Positions 33,339 to 48,040 of a stretch of 64,000 bases of DNA are shown in pieces. The stretch comes from the human T2T-CHM13v2.0 reference genome, Homo sapiens: NCBI RefSeq assembly GCF_009914755.1, contig NC_060933.1. One strand, written 5' to 3'. The translations under genes were made by a program, and so were the position numbers. A model generated the notes under the pieces. It was not told the DNA's origin, searched no databases, and saw only the letters and a program-made list of their open reading frames with translations. Positions within the stretch are counted from its first letter, which is position 1; every line of letters starts with the position of its first letter.

Positions 33339-35427
33339 GAGAGAAATCTGAGCCTTATAATTCCTCCATCTTTTCAGCTCTACCTACAATCTTCTCTAGT
33401 GTACTAACTCATCAGTGATCCCTGATAAATTAAGCAATGTGCAACAAGCTACTGTGTCTCACCATCTTCCTACTCTCCACTACACTGAACCCACAATGAC
33501 GCAGCGCTCCACAATCACATGTAGAATGGAAGTAAAACCTCAGCGATAAGAAAAGATAGTTAAAGCAGATTCACTACAGTAACAAACCAGTCAAGAAATG
33601 TCACTGAAAGTAAAGGTTTGTGTGACAAAATTTCCAGCTGTGTTCTAAGAAACATAAGTTCAAGCAGGAGTGCATTTAATCTGATTTTTCCTCAAAGCCT
33701 CTCTAATTTGTAGGGAAGCACATTCATTTTCATTAACTTCATGTGAGCTAGAGAGAATCTGTGATTGAGGCTCTAGAACCCCTGGTAAACATGCCATCAA
33801 GCAAGGGCACCTTCCCCGGAGGTTCAACCTAGAGTATAAGATTGTCAGCACTGGTAAAGAGCCTTGAACTCTAAACCCATAGATAGGCTCAAGTCAGGAA
33901 CTCAGGGAGCCTATAAACACCTGGATACAATTTTGCCACCTTAACACTTTTATTCCCTTTACTTGCGCCAAACTGAGTTATCCAATCTCCAGGCTCTTGT
34001 CCAGTTCTAGTTCATACAGTATCGGCAGCCTTCTCCAGAACGTCCTTTCACCAGCCAGCTCTTGAGACAGTCATATGTCATGTGTGCAAGACACTTCTAT
34101 TTCTGCAGCCCGGCGAGGGCCAGCTAACTCGGTTAGTGACAATTTAATCAAAGTTCCAGGGCAAGCACAGAGACACAGAGTCTAAGTCTTGCCCTCCAAA
34201 ACTTACAAGCAAACTCCTTCTTTAGAATAACCAAAACAAACCCTCTCGCTGGCTGCCTCACTAAATTAAGAGAAGAAAGGGGAATAAGATCACAAGTTTA
34301 AATCCACTTACTTGTGATTCTGAAAAACAAAAACTTAAGGGTGTTTTTCTTTAAATATTGACTACATGAACTCTATTATATGAGGTCTGAGAGGATCCTA
34401 CAAAAGGATCTGTATTATTCCAATATTATCAAGATTCTGAGTGTTCCTTATAGAAAAAACTACTGTTATTAAGATTTTCACAAATCAAACATTCTGTGTG
34501 CCAAAGAACAAAGTGGGAAAAATGGAACAAAAGTGGGAATAATTCCCAAAAATGGAATTATTGGGTTTCATTTTTGGTAGCCTCCTTCTGTCAACTGTAG
34601 TTTTGAAAAATTCACACAATCCAATCCCCCAAGCAACAACGCGCTAAGTGTTTACATCAGGTGAGAGCTGGTGTTGGTCACATATGCTATGAACTAGAAT
34701 TGGACAATGTCCCAAAACGGAGTGCCATCTGGGGTCAGAGTGCCATGCCCTTCTCTGCAGACTCCAGGGACATATCCACTCTGCTTAATGGAAGCCACTG
34801 GAACCAAGTGTCAGACAGCCCTCTATTTGCTCCACAGAGAAGAAAGCCATGCTCTGATCATGTGAAATGTGACTGGAATTGTAAACTGAAAAATGGCACT
34901 AATTCCACTAAATTTGCAAATCCTGCAACAAGACTGACAACTTAATAAACAATACTTGACCAAAGGCTTTCTTTCTCGTGAACTCAAGGTTTTCACTATA
35001 ATTAACACAATCATTAAAGTAAAAAAAAAATAAAAATAAAAACCCTGCCTTGATTCACAGTTAATTTTAAGCAGCCAACATCAACATCGGGTTTCAGGCT
35101 TTTGCATAAAGAAACAGCCTTTAGGAAACCCTCAACATTCAGGATTTTGTTCTGATTCAAACTTACAAAGAACAATTTTTAGTTGAGAGAAACAAAAAAT
35201 TCCAGTTGAAAGACGCCTTAAGATTCAAATTGGACCAACAGACAGGAGAAATAAATGAGGCCAGTCCAATATTTAACATTTCAGTGTCCATTTTAAGCTG
35301 AAAGGAACAGACATCTACAGACACAATTTCTTCTTTCTCTCCTATAAAGGGCACTGTAATAGTTATCCTAAATTCTGGTATAGTATGAAGAAGCCTGGAT
35401 TAAAGAGGCAAGAGACTAAGATTTTAA

Positions 35428-35712
<285 letters not shown>

Positions 35713-36285
35713 TGAGTCTAAGAAAACTGTTTGGGACTTGGGTATTCAGTAGCCATGGAATATACATCCCAAAGAGCAGAAGAAACCGTAACACTAGACC
35801 CCAACATCAAAAATATGTTGCTATTTTCTCCCACATTGCTGGTAGGGGTGCAAACTGGGACACTTTGGCAACTTACATTAAAATGCTATGAGAGAACAGG
35901 GGAAGCATTCCTTAAAAGTTCTAGGAAAGGTGTTATGGAGGAGGTAGCATGAGAAATTCAGCCAAGTGGGAAAAGCACAAACCTGGGAGTCAGAGAGACA
36001 AGAGTTTGAATCCCTGGCTCTGCCATTAGCCAAATATGGAACCATGAACAAGTTATTTAACTTCTCCTCGGCTCAGGTGCATCATCTGAAATATGGGGCT
36101 AATATAATAATAGGCAAGCTCAGTATTTCCCCAAATGTGGGAGAGTTACACAGGATGAATTTAAGTGATATTCAGAGGATTTTAGGAGATGAACAAGCAC
36201 AGTATTAAACATTGAACCACATCATGAGAAAATATGGTTCTTTTCAGCACTTCTTCAGCCTATATATAACATTCTTAGTACATTA

Positions 36286-36743
<458 letters not shown>

Positions 36744-38152
36744 CTAATTATTTTTAAAATTACCTTTCATTTATGATAACTCATATTGGTTTTCCAATTA
36801 CAGGTCAAATATAAAGTTATTTTAAAATATATTGATGATTACAAAAATTTGAGTCAACTTGAGTGGGCTGAAATGCTACCTATCTCAGAGTTCCAGTGAA
36901 AATTAAATGAGATCATATATAAGAAGAACTAGCCCATGCTGTGTTCCATCACCCACGGTCTGGTTGATGGGTAAAATTTCAGTAGGTGAGGAATATGAGC
37001 AGAAGATCAAGTGTGAACCAAGGCAAATACATGAGATGGACATGAGATTCCAGAACAATGAGGAGCCAAACAATGCCAGGAAGGGGTTCTTAAAGTAGAA
37101 GATGAAAACCTGTAGAGAGAGACTCATTTAACAGGTACCAAACCATACTATATGTTAATCAGTCTGGTGAGAAAACCAGCTATAGTTCCTTCGAGCATGT
37201 GTCTTATAATCCAGGACAAAACTATCAAAGTGGGTCACAGTCTTATTTCAAAGAGCCTTGAATGCCAAGCAGAAAGAGATCATTAATGGTGGCAGATTCT
37301 TAAAAGTCTTTTGACCTCTGTCCAGCACCTAGTACTTTCCACAGTACATGGTGTTTAACAAACATTTGCTGAACAAATAAATTTGTTTAATAGCACTATA
37401 GGTGTATTAGTGCATTTAATTTTCAAATATAAATATGTATTGTTGTTGTTAATATCATATCTTCTTCTTCCTTCTCTCTCACAGTACCAGACAACAGCCT
37501 AACCCCAACTAAGGTAAACTCTGCCACCAAACATGCCTGGGAATGGAGAAGGGTCTGCAGGTCAGTGTAAGCTCATCAGTCTGGGCCTTCACTTTCTCCC
37601 TGCCTTTCCAAGGAAAGCTGCTGCTTGCATCAGTGTTGCCTTTATGTCAAAGTGTATCACCTAAATACCAGATCCAACAGATTTCAAGCCACCACCCTCC
37701 AAAGACTTGCTTCTTCAAGAAAACAAGCGTGGTTTGACTCTTGTGAAAAACAATTACTCCCAACCTGGCATCCTACAAGAATTTTGCAAAGCAAGGGTGA
37801 ACAGGGATATGACAACCAAACATCTTCCTAGCAGCTCCTTCCCCCTCCCTGCTCCTGGCCAGAAACCTCTTCTTCCTTTTACTCCTTCTTCTTTCCACTT
37901 CTAATTTGTTATGATCTCTCAAACAACAAATTTGGTACAGTGCTTTAGAAAGCTTTGTGTCTTACCGACCTACCCCCAGTGAGGGTCTTCTGAGATACTT
38001 CAAACTATCCTCATGAGGTATAGTCCAATTCTCCTCCTAGGATGGGTACTAGCATGCTATTCTTGAAGGATGAATGAGCCTGAAGAGTTGGTTATGGTTT
38101 CCTTTCATCACCTATTGGCTTAACAGGAGTCCATTATAAGAAGTAAAACTTA

Positions 38153-38494
<342 letters not shown>

Positions 38495-39325
38495 TTAGAG
38501 AGATTTTCCAAATGGTGAGTCAGAAGCAAGAACAGTATCTCACTAAATCATGTTTACTCAACTGAAACTTATTGAATTAAACCAACTCCTCCTTCCTTTG
38601 CATTTCAGATGAGAACCCCTTCTGGTTCTATGATTCAAATCTTCATTCACTCAAAGCAGGTAAATAGGAAATTTCAACAGCTTCCTCTCCTCCCTCTCAT
38701 TCCTTTCTTCTGTCATCGATCTGATCAGGAATGCTCTGAGGCATTCCCTGGTTATTTTTTCTTTACCTCTCAAAATCCACATGGTATGTTACACTAATGC
38801 CCAGCATGTTCCTCAGATCTCTAGATGGCTCTAATTAAAGGACCACCCCTTCTTCTGAATACAGACCTGGGGTTAGAGGACATAAGAGCTTGAAGGGCTC
38901 TTTAAAAGTCAAGTAGTATCATTTTACAGACCAACAACCTAAAAAACAGAAAAGTAAAATGACTTGTCCAAGGTCACATGGCTTAATGGATTTGTGGGCA
39001 TTCATGAACACCCTGTAATTACACATAAAATTTGGATTATATGAGCCCATGTGTATTTCTTCTGAAGAGAAAATCCGTATCTTTCTTCAAAGAAGTCAAC
39101 AATCTCTTCCCCAAAATATAGTAACCACTGACAATTATATGCATATTTGAAAAAAAGTTTAACTAAAATTTAATGTTCCAAGTCTGAATAGTAATATGAA
39201 TTGGTGATCTAGAATAAGAGTGGAACCTAATTTAATAACTGTCATTGTTATCATCTTTTTTTCTTTTCATGTCTGGGATATCAATGCAAGTAACATGGGA
39301 TAAAGACAATTTGATGTGGAAGTAA

Positions 39326-39632
<307 letters not shown>

Positions 39633-41544
39633 TAAAGCAAGCTTTTAAAATCACTGAAAACACTCGTATGAATAAATTTCACTATAGGCCAAGCATTATA
39701 TTATACGGTTCACATTATACACAAACACAAATACCTATTTTACAGATGATGAAACTGAGGCAAAGAGTGATCAGCAACTTGCCTAATGTCAGATATCCAT
39801 TAGTAATAACCAGAATTCCAATCTACATTAATTTGACTCTGATATCCATGTTCTTTTTCACCAATATTTGCATCTATACTCCAAGATGTCCTAATACTAA
39901 TATTCTATTTACTTATTTAGGAAGAACTAAATCAACTCTCTAAGGTAGCTTCAAGGAAGTCTTTCATAAATGGTTCAACTACTAAAAAGTTCTTCCTGGG
40001 AAATATCATAAACTAAATACCAGCTATCACAAAATATCTGGACTTTAAGACTAACCAGATAAAATGTTTTGACTTCCAAATGCTTCTTGGAAGTTGGATT
40101 TGGCAGAGAAAACACCGGGGAATTTTAAACAAACACCCCCCAAGAAAAGACTTTATAGAAGAATAGATCCAATGCATATGAAGTTACTGTTTTTTAAAAA
40201 AGTGTTTAAATCTCTAAATTACTTAGTGAGTCATCTCACTCTTATTAACAAAAATAAATTAATATACAACTCAAAGTACTTGAATATGGAATGCCACAGA
40301 CTAGAGCATTTTCTTAAATCACAGCTGCCTCAGAAACGGAAATGAAACTGAGCGAAACTGAAATGTTTGTTCTACAAAAAGTAACCTGGCCTAAATAACT
40401 TAAGTATGCACTAAAATTTCTCAGTCTAACATAAACCTAGCCTTAACTACAGTTGTTTCTCATATAACTCTATTTCTAATGCTTTTCTGTGATTACCCTG
40501 TTATCTTAAGTAGTCTTTTAGAAGACAGGAAGCAAACATGAGCTTCCCATTCTCCTTGTTGGACTTATTCAAGTCAGCATTTATTAAATTTTTTCCATAT
40601 TAAGTGGGATGAATTAAGGCCAGGGGAGAATGAATCAAAGACCTTCCTCTAGAGAAGCATACACTCAAGAGGAAGACAAATAAATGTTAACTGTAATTAA
40701 AAAACAGAATTAAATACATGATACAAAGAGTGCTGTAATCCAAGTCTAATGGAAGTAAAGAGAAGGGGATCTTACTTTCAACTTAGTGATGGGAAAGAGT
40801 GGATCCAGAAGAGCTTCATGAGGAGGGAGGCATTTAAATCGGGTCTTAAAGGAGGTTTGCAAAAGCTAAAGGGTTTTGTACCAACTTTGTTTTCAACATG
40901 GGAAAGACAGGATTTCAAACTTTATTTTGTTTTAGGAACCAAATCCAGTGCTCCTCCATTGTTGGAATAAATGCTCTTTGCCTGAATGCTATTTGTGGTC
41001 TTCGTAGAATGGAGAGTAACTGAAGGCCCCACCGGAAATCAATTTTATGTAAGCTTTTCATTCTCTGGCCTCAAGTATTTCTAAAATGTACCTTTCTATG
41101 CAGGCTACTTATTCAGGCAACTATTTTCAGGTGAAGATACTCAAATGAAAATAGAGAATCCCTTTTGGCCTTTTGCTAATATTTCATTTGTCAAAACTTT
41201 GATAGTCTGACAAAGTCTTTACCATGAGATTGGTAAACTCACGGAAGCCAAACTGTCTGGGATGCGACTTCAGCTCCACTACTTACGAACTCCATAATAA
41301 TGTACCTAGCCTGCCTATACCTCAGTTTCCCATCTATAAAGACAATAAAAGCACCTATTTCACTCATGAGAATGAACTGAGTTATTACACGGAAAACTTA
41401 AAAACATATCCAACATACCATAAATCAACAGTAAATGTAACTATTTTTACCAAGAGGTGTCTTCAAAGAGTTTATTTCTAATTCATTACACCAATTAATA
41501 AGAAAGGCACTTTCTCATCCTATTTCACTTTTACAAGGCAGACA

Positions 41545-41840
41545 TTTTTTTTCAAGACGGAGTCTCACTCTGTCGCCCAGGTTGGAGTAAAGTGGCACGA
41601 TCTCGACTCAGTGCAACCTCCGCCTCCCAGGTTCAAGCAATTCTTCTACTTCAGCCTCCCAATCCCAGTAGCTGGGATTACAAGCACCCACCACCACGCC
41701 CAGCTAATTTTTGTATTGTTAGTAGAGACGGGGTTTCACCATATTTGCCAGGCTGGTCTTGAACTCCTGACCTCAAGTGATCCTCCTGCTTTGGCCTCCC
41801 AAAGTGCTGGGAATACAACAATGAGCCAGTGCACCCAGCC
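41545..41840 (-). mobile_element. Alu (AluS)
   Basis: Reverse dimer; TSD acaaggcagac. Confidence 0.95.
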
Positions 41841-42520
41841 AACAAGGCAGACTTTGAAACTGTGTTTATCTTCCAAAAATACGTATATCTTAAGAAAAAA
41901 CTAAATTTGATTTCTAAACAGTAACAGCAGTAACAGAGAAATAGCTTATTTCAAAAGGTCCACAACTTCATCAAGGACAGGACAAGCAAGAATCATATTG
42001 TATTATAACAAATTTTTACAATTCACCAAAGTTAGGTTTTACAACTAAACTAACAGTTCACTTCTCTTTTTCCTTTGTTTCTTAGGCCCTTACAGCCTAA
42101 TACTCTATCATTCCATTTTCTATAGATCACATAGGAAAACATTTTGAGATCACACAGCTATTCGCAAACATCTGACTGAAGCAATAGTATAGTTTTCATT
42201 ATGAACCAAGTAAAAAATTGAGTTGAGTAAATTTTATTCTATTCTTTCCAGGATGTTGCAATCCCTACGCAACCAAGGTTTCAAGTTAAAGAGAATTTGG
42301 CTGACCCACTCACAGCAACAAGGAAAATATGATACAGGCTGTAGATTCTGATAAGGATTATAGCAGATGAATGTAGAGAATGTGGTGATCATCCTTGAAA
42401 AGCTCCCTGGTTGCAGCAGCTGAAATGTTAGTGCTGGAGTTAAAGAACTCTGGCTGGGTTCAAGTCTTAGCTCTGCCTCTTGCAAGGTATATAGCCAGAG
42501 AAAAATTAGCTTCTCATTTA

Positions 42521-42880
<360 letters not shown>

Positions 42881-43117
42881 AATAAACACGTGAAAAACAT
42901 TTCAAACAGTACTTGCCACACAGTGCTATATAAGTGTCTATTCAACACTGCAATAACTTTGGCCATTCATGGTTGTATCCACATGCAGATACGAAGATGG
43001 TTGCATTTTTTGGAGTAGGCCTTCTCTCAGCATAAACAAAACAAGTGTTCAGAATGATCTTTTAACATTTGATGCTAGAGTAAATGACCATAACAACTAC
43101 TATAATGGTATTATTTA

Positions 43118-43456
<339 letters not shown>

Positions 43457-43920
43457 TATTTGGTTTTAAAAGTATTTTAGAAATGCAAAAACCACATGCA
43501 TTTTGATATTTTCTAGACATCTAGATATCTTCATAATTAGAAGAGTCTATCTAAGGTAATGTTCACTTATTCTAGCAGCTAAAAATGAAAACAGTGAAGA
43601 CCTTAATTTGTAGCCACTACATATATAGCTTAAGTATCCCGGCTTACGGGAGAGAAGATCCCTTTAAAAAAAAAATTTAAATGGAAAAATATCCCAACCA
43701 ACTCCTCTCCAAAAAGGTAAGTACTACAGAAGATAATAAAAAGCTAAGTCACTGAACTTCTTCAGTTTCATTCATTTTTTTATGTTTACAATGGGACTTC
43801 CTTGAGCAGAAGGAACCAATCCTTGAAAACAATCAATTCCTGATCACTCTTTTCCAATCCTGCACTAATGCACTGTCTCACACAAACCGAAAATATGTTC
43901 TAAGTCAAAATGTGTCCAGG

Positions 43921-44213
43921 GGTCGGGCGCGGTGCCTCACGCCTGTAATCCCAGCACTTTGGGAGGCCGAGGCGGGTGGATCAAGAGGTCAGGAAATCGA
44001 GACCATCCTGGCCAACATGGTGAAACTCTGTCTCTACTGAAAATGCAAAAACTAGCCAGGCATGGTGGCGTGCGCCTATAGTCCCAGCTACTCAGGAGGC
44101 TGAGGCAGGAGAATCTCTTGAACCCAGGAGGTGGAGGTTGCAGTGAGCCATATCGTGCCACTGCACTCCAGCCTGGGAAACAGAGCGAGACTGCATCTCA
44201 AAAAAAAAAAAAA
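43921..44213 (+). mobile_element. Alu (AluSc-like)
   Basis: atcgagaccatcctgg; TSD aaaatgtg(t/c)ccaggg. Confidence 0.95.
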
Positions 44214-45555
44214 TGTGCCCAGGGTCCATTATAGGCCTGCACTCGTAGAAATACGAGGGTTGAGATTTCAAATGCTCATCTGCAGGGGAGACAACATATC
44301 ACACGTGTCCAGGTTACAGTCAGATATGTCATTCTGGAACACTATGCGGGTGCTCAAATACAGACTCCTAAATTGCTCTGACAACAGTAGCAATTCTAGT
44401 CCCTTAAATGGCTTGTAGTCATCGTGAAGGCTGAAGACCCACTTCCCCGGTCCTTCTGATTGTAAACCAATGTTTTCCTAAAATTCCCTAGCATTAATTA
44501 TTTTAATGGTTTGTGGAATTATTTAATGGTTTGTGGAAGCACTTGGGAAACAGGCTGACAATGGAAACTTTGTATTTGAAAAATATTGTAATATCTGTAG
44601 AGGTTCTACTCAGGAATACTTTCCATGCTTCCATACTTTCTCTGATTTAGGAGAAAGTTTCTCAAGAGAATGATACTCTCAACAGAAACGGAAAGTTTCT
44701 CAACAGAAAGCCTCCATTATTTTTGTGGTAGGTATGAGAAGAATAGGTTGAAATAAAAGGGGAGATGAAAACTTAAGGACTTTAAGTTTTGTTTGAAAAG
44801 AAGATCATAATTTAAGTCTGGGTTCTAAACTACGGCCGTTAAAAAAAAAAGAAAAAAAAATCAAGAAAATTCCACTCTTTAACTTGGGGGAAATTTTTGT
44901 GAGGTTCTCTTCGTGGGAAGCAGGGATTCGGCCATGGAGGGCAAGTGACTTGCTGATTTCAGTACCCAGAAGGTTTTTTTAAATATGAAATTTGTCCACT
45001 ATGAGATGAATGTGTATATACTACCCATTCTCTTCTTGAAGTGTCAATGAAAAGTCGGATTTTAAAAGCTAATGGTATCAGTGCTGCAAAGGCAGGCCAA
45101 TTACTGCCAGTGCCAGACAACTTTTTTCTTTGTTTATTTTTAATCTTATTTCTTTGCTTCTTTTTGATAAAAGATATACCTAAAGAGGCACCTACACATA
45201 ACCCTGGCACCGTCCGCCGCCCCAAGAACCTTCCTGCTTTACCAATGGCCTGGGAGTTGGCAAACACGCTAACAAAAAAAAAAACCAAAAAAACAAAAAA
45301 AAAAAAACAAAACGGGCTTTCGCCTCAACCTCATAGTTCCTCCCCGTCTGCAACCACCGGTCTTCACCGGATTCACAGTCGGAACCGCGAGCAAAGACAC
45401 CTAGTAGAGCCGGCCGATTCCTAGGTCCTCCGGCCAGGAGGCGCTGCGGGCCAGTCTCCGGGGGCCACCGCAGCCCGCGCGCCCAGCACCCCCACCCTCA
45501 CGGCAGAGCCCAGCCCAGCCCCGCGGCGGAGCTCCGAGTTCTGCGCCGCCCGCCG

Positions 45556-45571
45556 GGGTTACTCCCGGTCA
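45556..45571 (+). promoter_or_regulatory. Intron 1 DR4, candidate LXRE (GGGTTA ctcc CGGTCA)
   Basis: 13/16 identical to the promoter LXRE, same orientation, not in a repeat. Confidence 0.75.
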
Positions 45572-45753
45572 TTCCACGGCACCACCTCGGCCCAGCTTCC
45601 CCATCTGCGCCCAGGCAGAAGCTGCCCCGAGAGACCAGCAGCAACGGTCTGGAAGATGGGGCTGCAGGGAACGTGGGAGAGGGAGGATTGGGCACCCCAC
45701 CTCCGGGTCTCCGCAGGCTCTCCTAAGTCTTGTTTTTAAAAGAAACAAAACTC

Positions 45754-46278
<525 letters not shown>

Positions 46279-46758
46279 TCAGAACAGACCAGCTTCTTAA
46301 GAACCGAGTGAAGACTCAGTGCTGGCATTTGTCTCCGTAGGTACTGGCCGACCTGCAACCAGAAGGGTTTCTAGCCAGCTCAGGGCCCTCCGAACAAAGC
46401 AGCGCTCGGTGCCGGACCTGCAGCTCTCCCCACCCGGCAGCAGCGCCCTCAGCACGCCCGGGAACCCCCGACCCCTCTGAGCCCGGGGTACTGCGCCCGG
46501 GTCTCCACGCCCAGAGATGCTCCCCGGTCTCCACCGTCGGGCAAGCCCCAAGCGCAGCAGCGCAGAGTCCTGGGGTCACCAGAGCTCGTACTAGGACATC
46601 GTCTCCCCATTTAACACCGCCTCCGGTCCCATCTGAGTTGCAAGTGGTGGGGATGTGGGGCTCCGGATCAAAGTCCCCGAAACCGAGCACTTCCCGAAGC
46701 CTCCTTGGCCTCGAAACAAAACAATAACGCCCAAGTAAGTCACTGGAGAGCCTCTTAC

Positions 46759-46979
46759 CTGTTTTCCACTTTTGTGTTTGCGTCTCTTTCTCCTACCCCT
46801 TGACAAGCCTTCCGGAGAAGGGGAGAAAACAGAACCGGGGAAAAAACAAGGAGCAAAGCGCCCTGAGAACCGGCTCTGTTGGTGCGCGGAGCTCCCCGCC
46901 CTGCCCTGCCGCAGCCCGGGAGAGAAGGGTCGGCTCGGCTCTGCGGGTCCCGGCCCCACTCACTCTCGCTCGCAATTAC
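46759..46979 (-). other. ABCA1: ABCA1 non-coding exon 1 (221 nt from the TATA-linked TSS)
   Basis: Starts GTAATTGCGAGCGAGAG about 31 nt after the first base of TATAAAAG and ends AAAACAG|gtaaga. The TSS is taken from recognition of the ABCA1 promoter; upstream starts may also be used. Confidence 0.9.
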
Positions 46980-47002
46980 GGGGTTTTTGCCGGGACTAGT
47001 TC

Positions 47003-47010
47003 CTTTTATA
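47003..47010 (-). promoter_or_regulatory. ABCA1: TATA box (TATAAAAG) of the ABCA1 promoter
   Basis: Plus strand cttttata; consensus TATAWAAR at -31..-24. Confidence 0.93.
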
Positions 47011-47032
47011 GATTCGGCTGCACCGAGCGCAG

Positions 47033-47048
47033 AGGTTACTATCGGTCA
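47033..47048 (+). promoter_or_regulatory. ABCA1: LXR/RXR response element, DR4 (AGGTTA ctat CGGTCA)
   Basis: Two half-sites spaced by 4 nt; matches the well-known ABCA1 promoter LXRE (TGACCGatagTAACCT on the gene strand). Confidence 0.96.
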
Positions 47049-47068
47049 AAGCCTGTGCTCTCCCTCCT

Positions 47069-47077
47069 CCCCGCCCC
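47069..47077 (-). promoter_or_regulatory. GC box (Sp1/KLF)
   Basis: ccccgcccc, i.e. GGGGCGGGG on the minus strand, about -95. Confidence 0.8.
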
Positions 47078-47120
47078 CTTCCCGGCCTCTGTTTATGTAG
47101 TTCAGTCACTCAGCAGAAAG

Positions 47121-47126
47121 CACGTG
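47121..47126. promoter_or_regulatory. E-box CACGTG (USF1/2-type site of the ABCA1 promoter)
   Basis: Palindromic CACGTG at -142..-147. Nearby are AP-1-like TGAGTGA/TGACTGA (47102-47113), forkhead-like TGTTTAT (47090-47096) and a second GC box (47136-47143). Confidence 0.85.
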
Positions 47127-47180
47127 GAGCCGGGGCCCGCCCCTTAAACGGGCGACGTTCAGCCGCCCACGACACATCTA

Positions 47181-47218
47181 GGGAGTTGGGGGGAGGTGGG
47201 TGGGGTGGGGGTGGAGGG
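47181..47218 (+). promoter_or_regulatory. GnT-repeat motif (ZNF202-type site) with G-quadruplex potential
   Basis: gggagttggggggaggtgggtggggtgggggtggaggg has at least six G3+ runs. The ZNF202 assignment is recalled from the literature. Confidence 0.65.
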
Positions 47219-48040
47219 TACAGCAGGTGTCTTAGGGTCCGCGGTCTGCGTCCCCTTCCCCCGCCCGGGCCCGCCGGCCTAAGACGCGCGGGAAGCGCTG
47301 GGCTCGGGGCTGCGCCGCAGACTCTCTAGTCCACGTTCCCGGCAGCCAAGGGCACCAGTGGAATTTGCTTCCTCTAAATCCTGCTTTCCGCAATTTTTTT
47401 TTCCTTTGTTAGTTTCCTCAGCCGGAGGGAGGGATTGGGGGAGAGAGAGCTCTAGGCTGAATCTCCCTCAGGACGCCAATCATTTTGTCTTGTCTTTTGT
47501 TTCCTTTCAAAGGCCTAGGCTGGGGTGAGGGGAAGGCGGACAGTCCTCTGGGTAATGGGCTGCTTTTGTTTTCCCCCCACAAACCTGGACTTTGATTTTT
47601 GATAGGCGACCTACTGCCTTGGAGATTCCCAGCCTGAGCTCCCCAGGTCCCTCAGAGGACCCGAGAGGAACATCTTACTGCTTCTCTTCATAAATTGAGA
47701 GGAAGGAGGCCACAAAAACAAAAAAAGAAACAAACAAACAAAAACACAGAACAATATGGACCAGCCCTCTTTTAATTTCATTATATTGATCAGCCTCCCT
47801 GTGATAAAAACACAGGACTTGTATTTAGTTTGTATACATTTGTGAAGTGCAGCCAGAGAATTGCAGTCGTGTAAAATTATGTAGCCACTCCAGACCTCCA
47901 ACTTATCTGTTTGCCTTTGGCTGTAGGGGAGCAAAACTACCCAAAACACTGGAGGGGCAAAAAAAAAGGCAAGAGTAGGAATGCAGGCCTACACACCATA
48001 TGTCTAAATATTTAAGTCATCCATCAAGCCAACAAACTAA

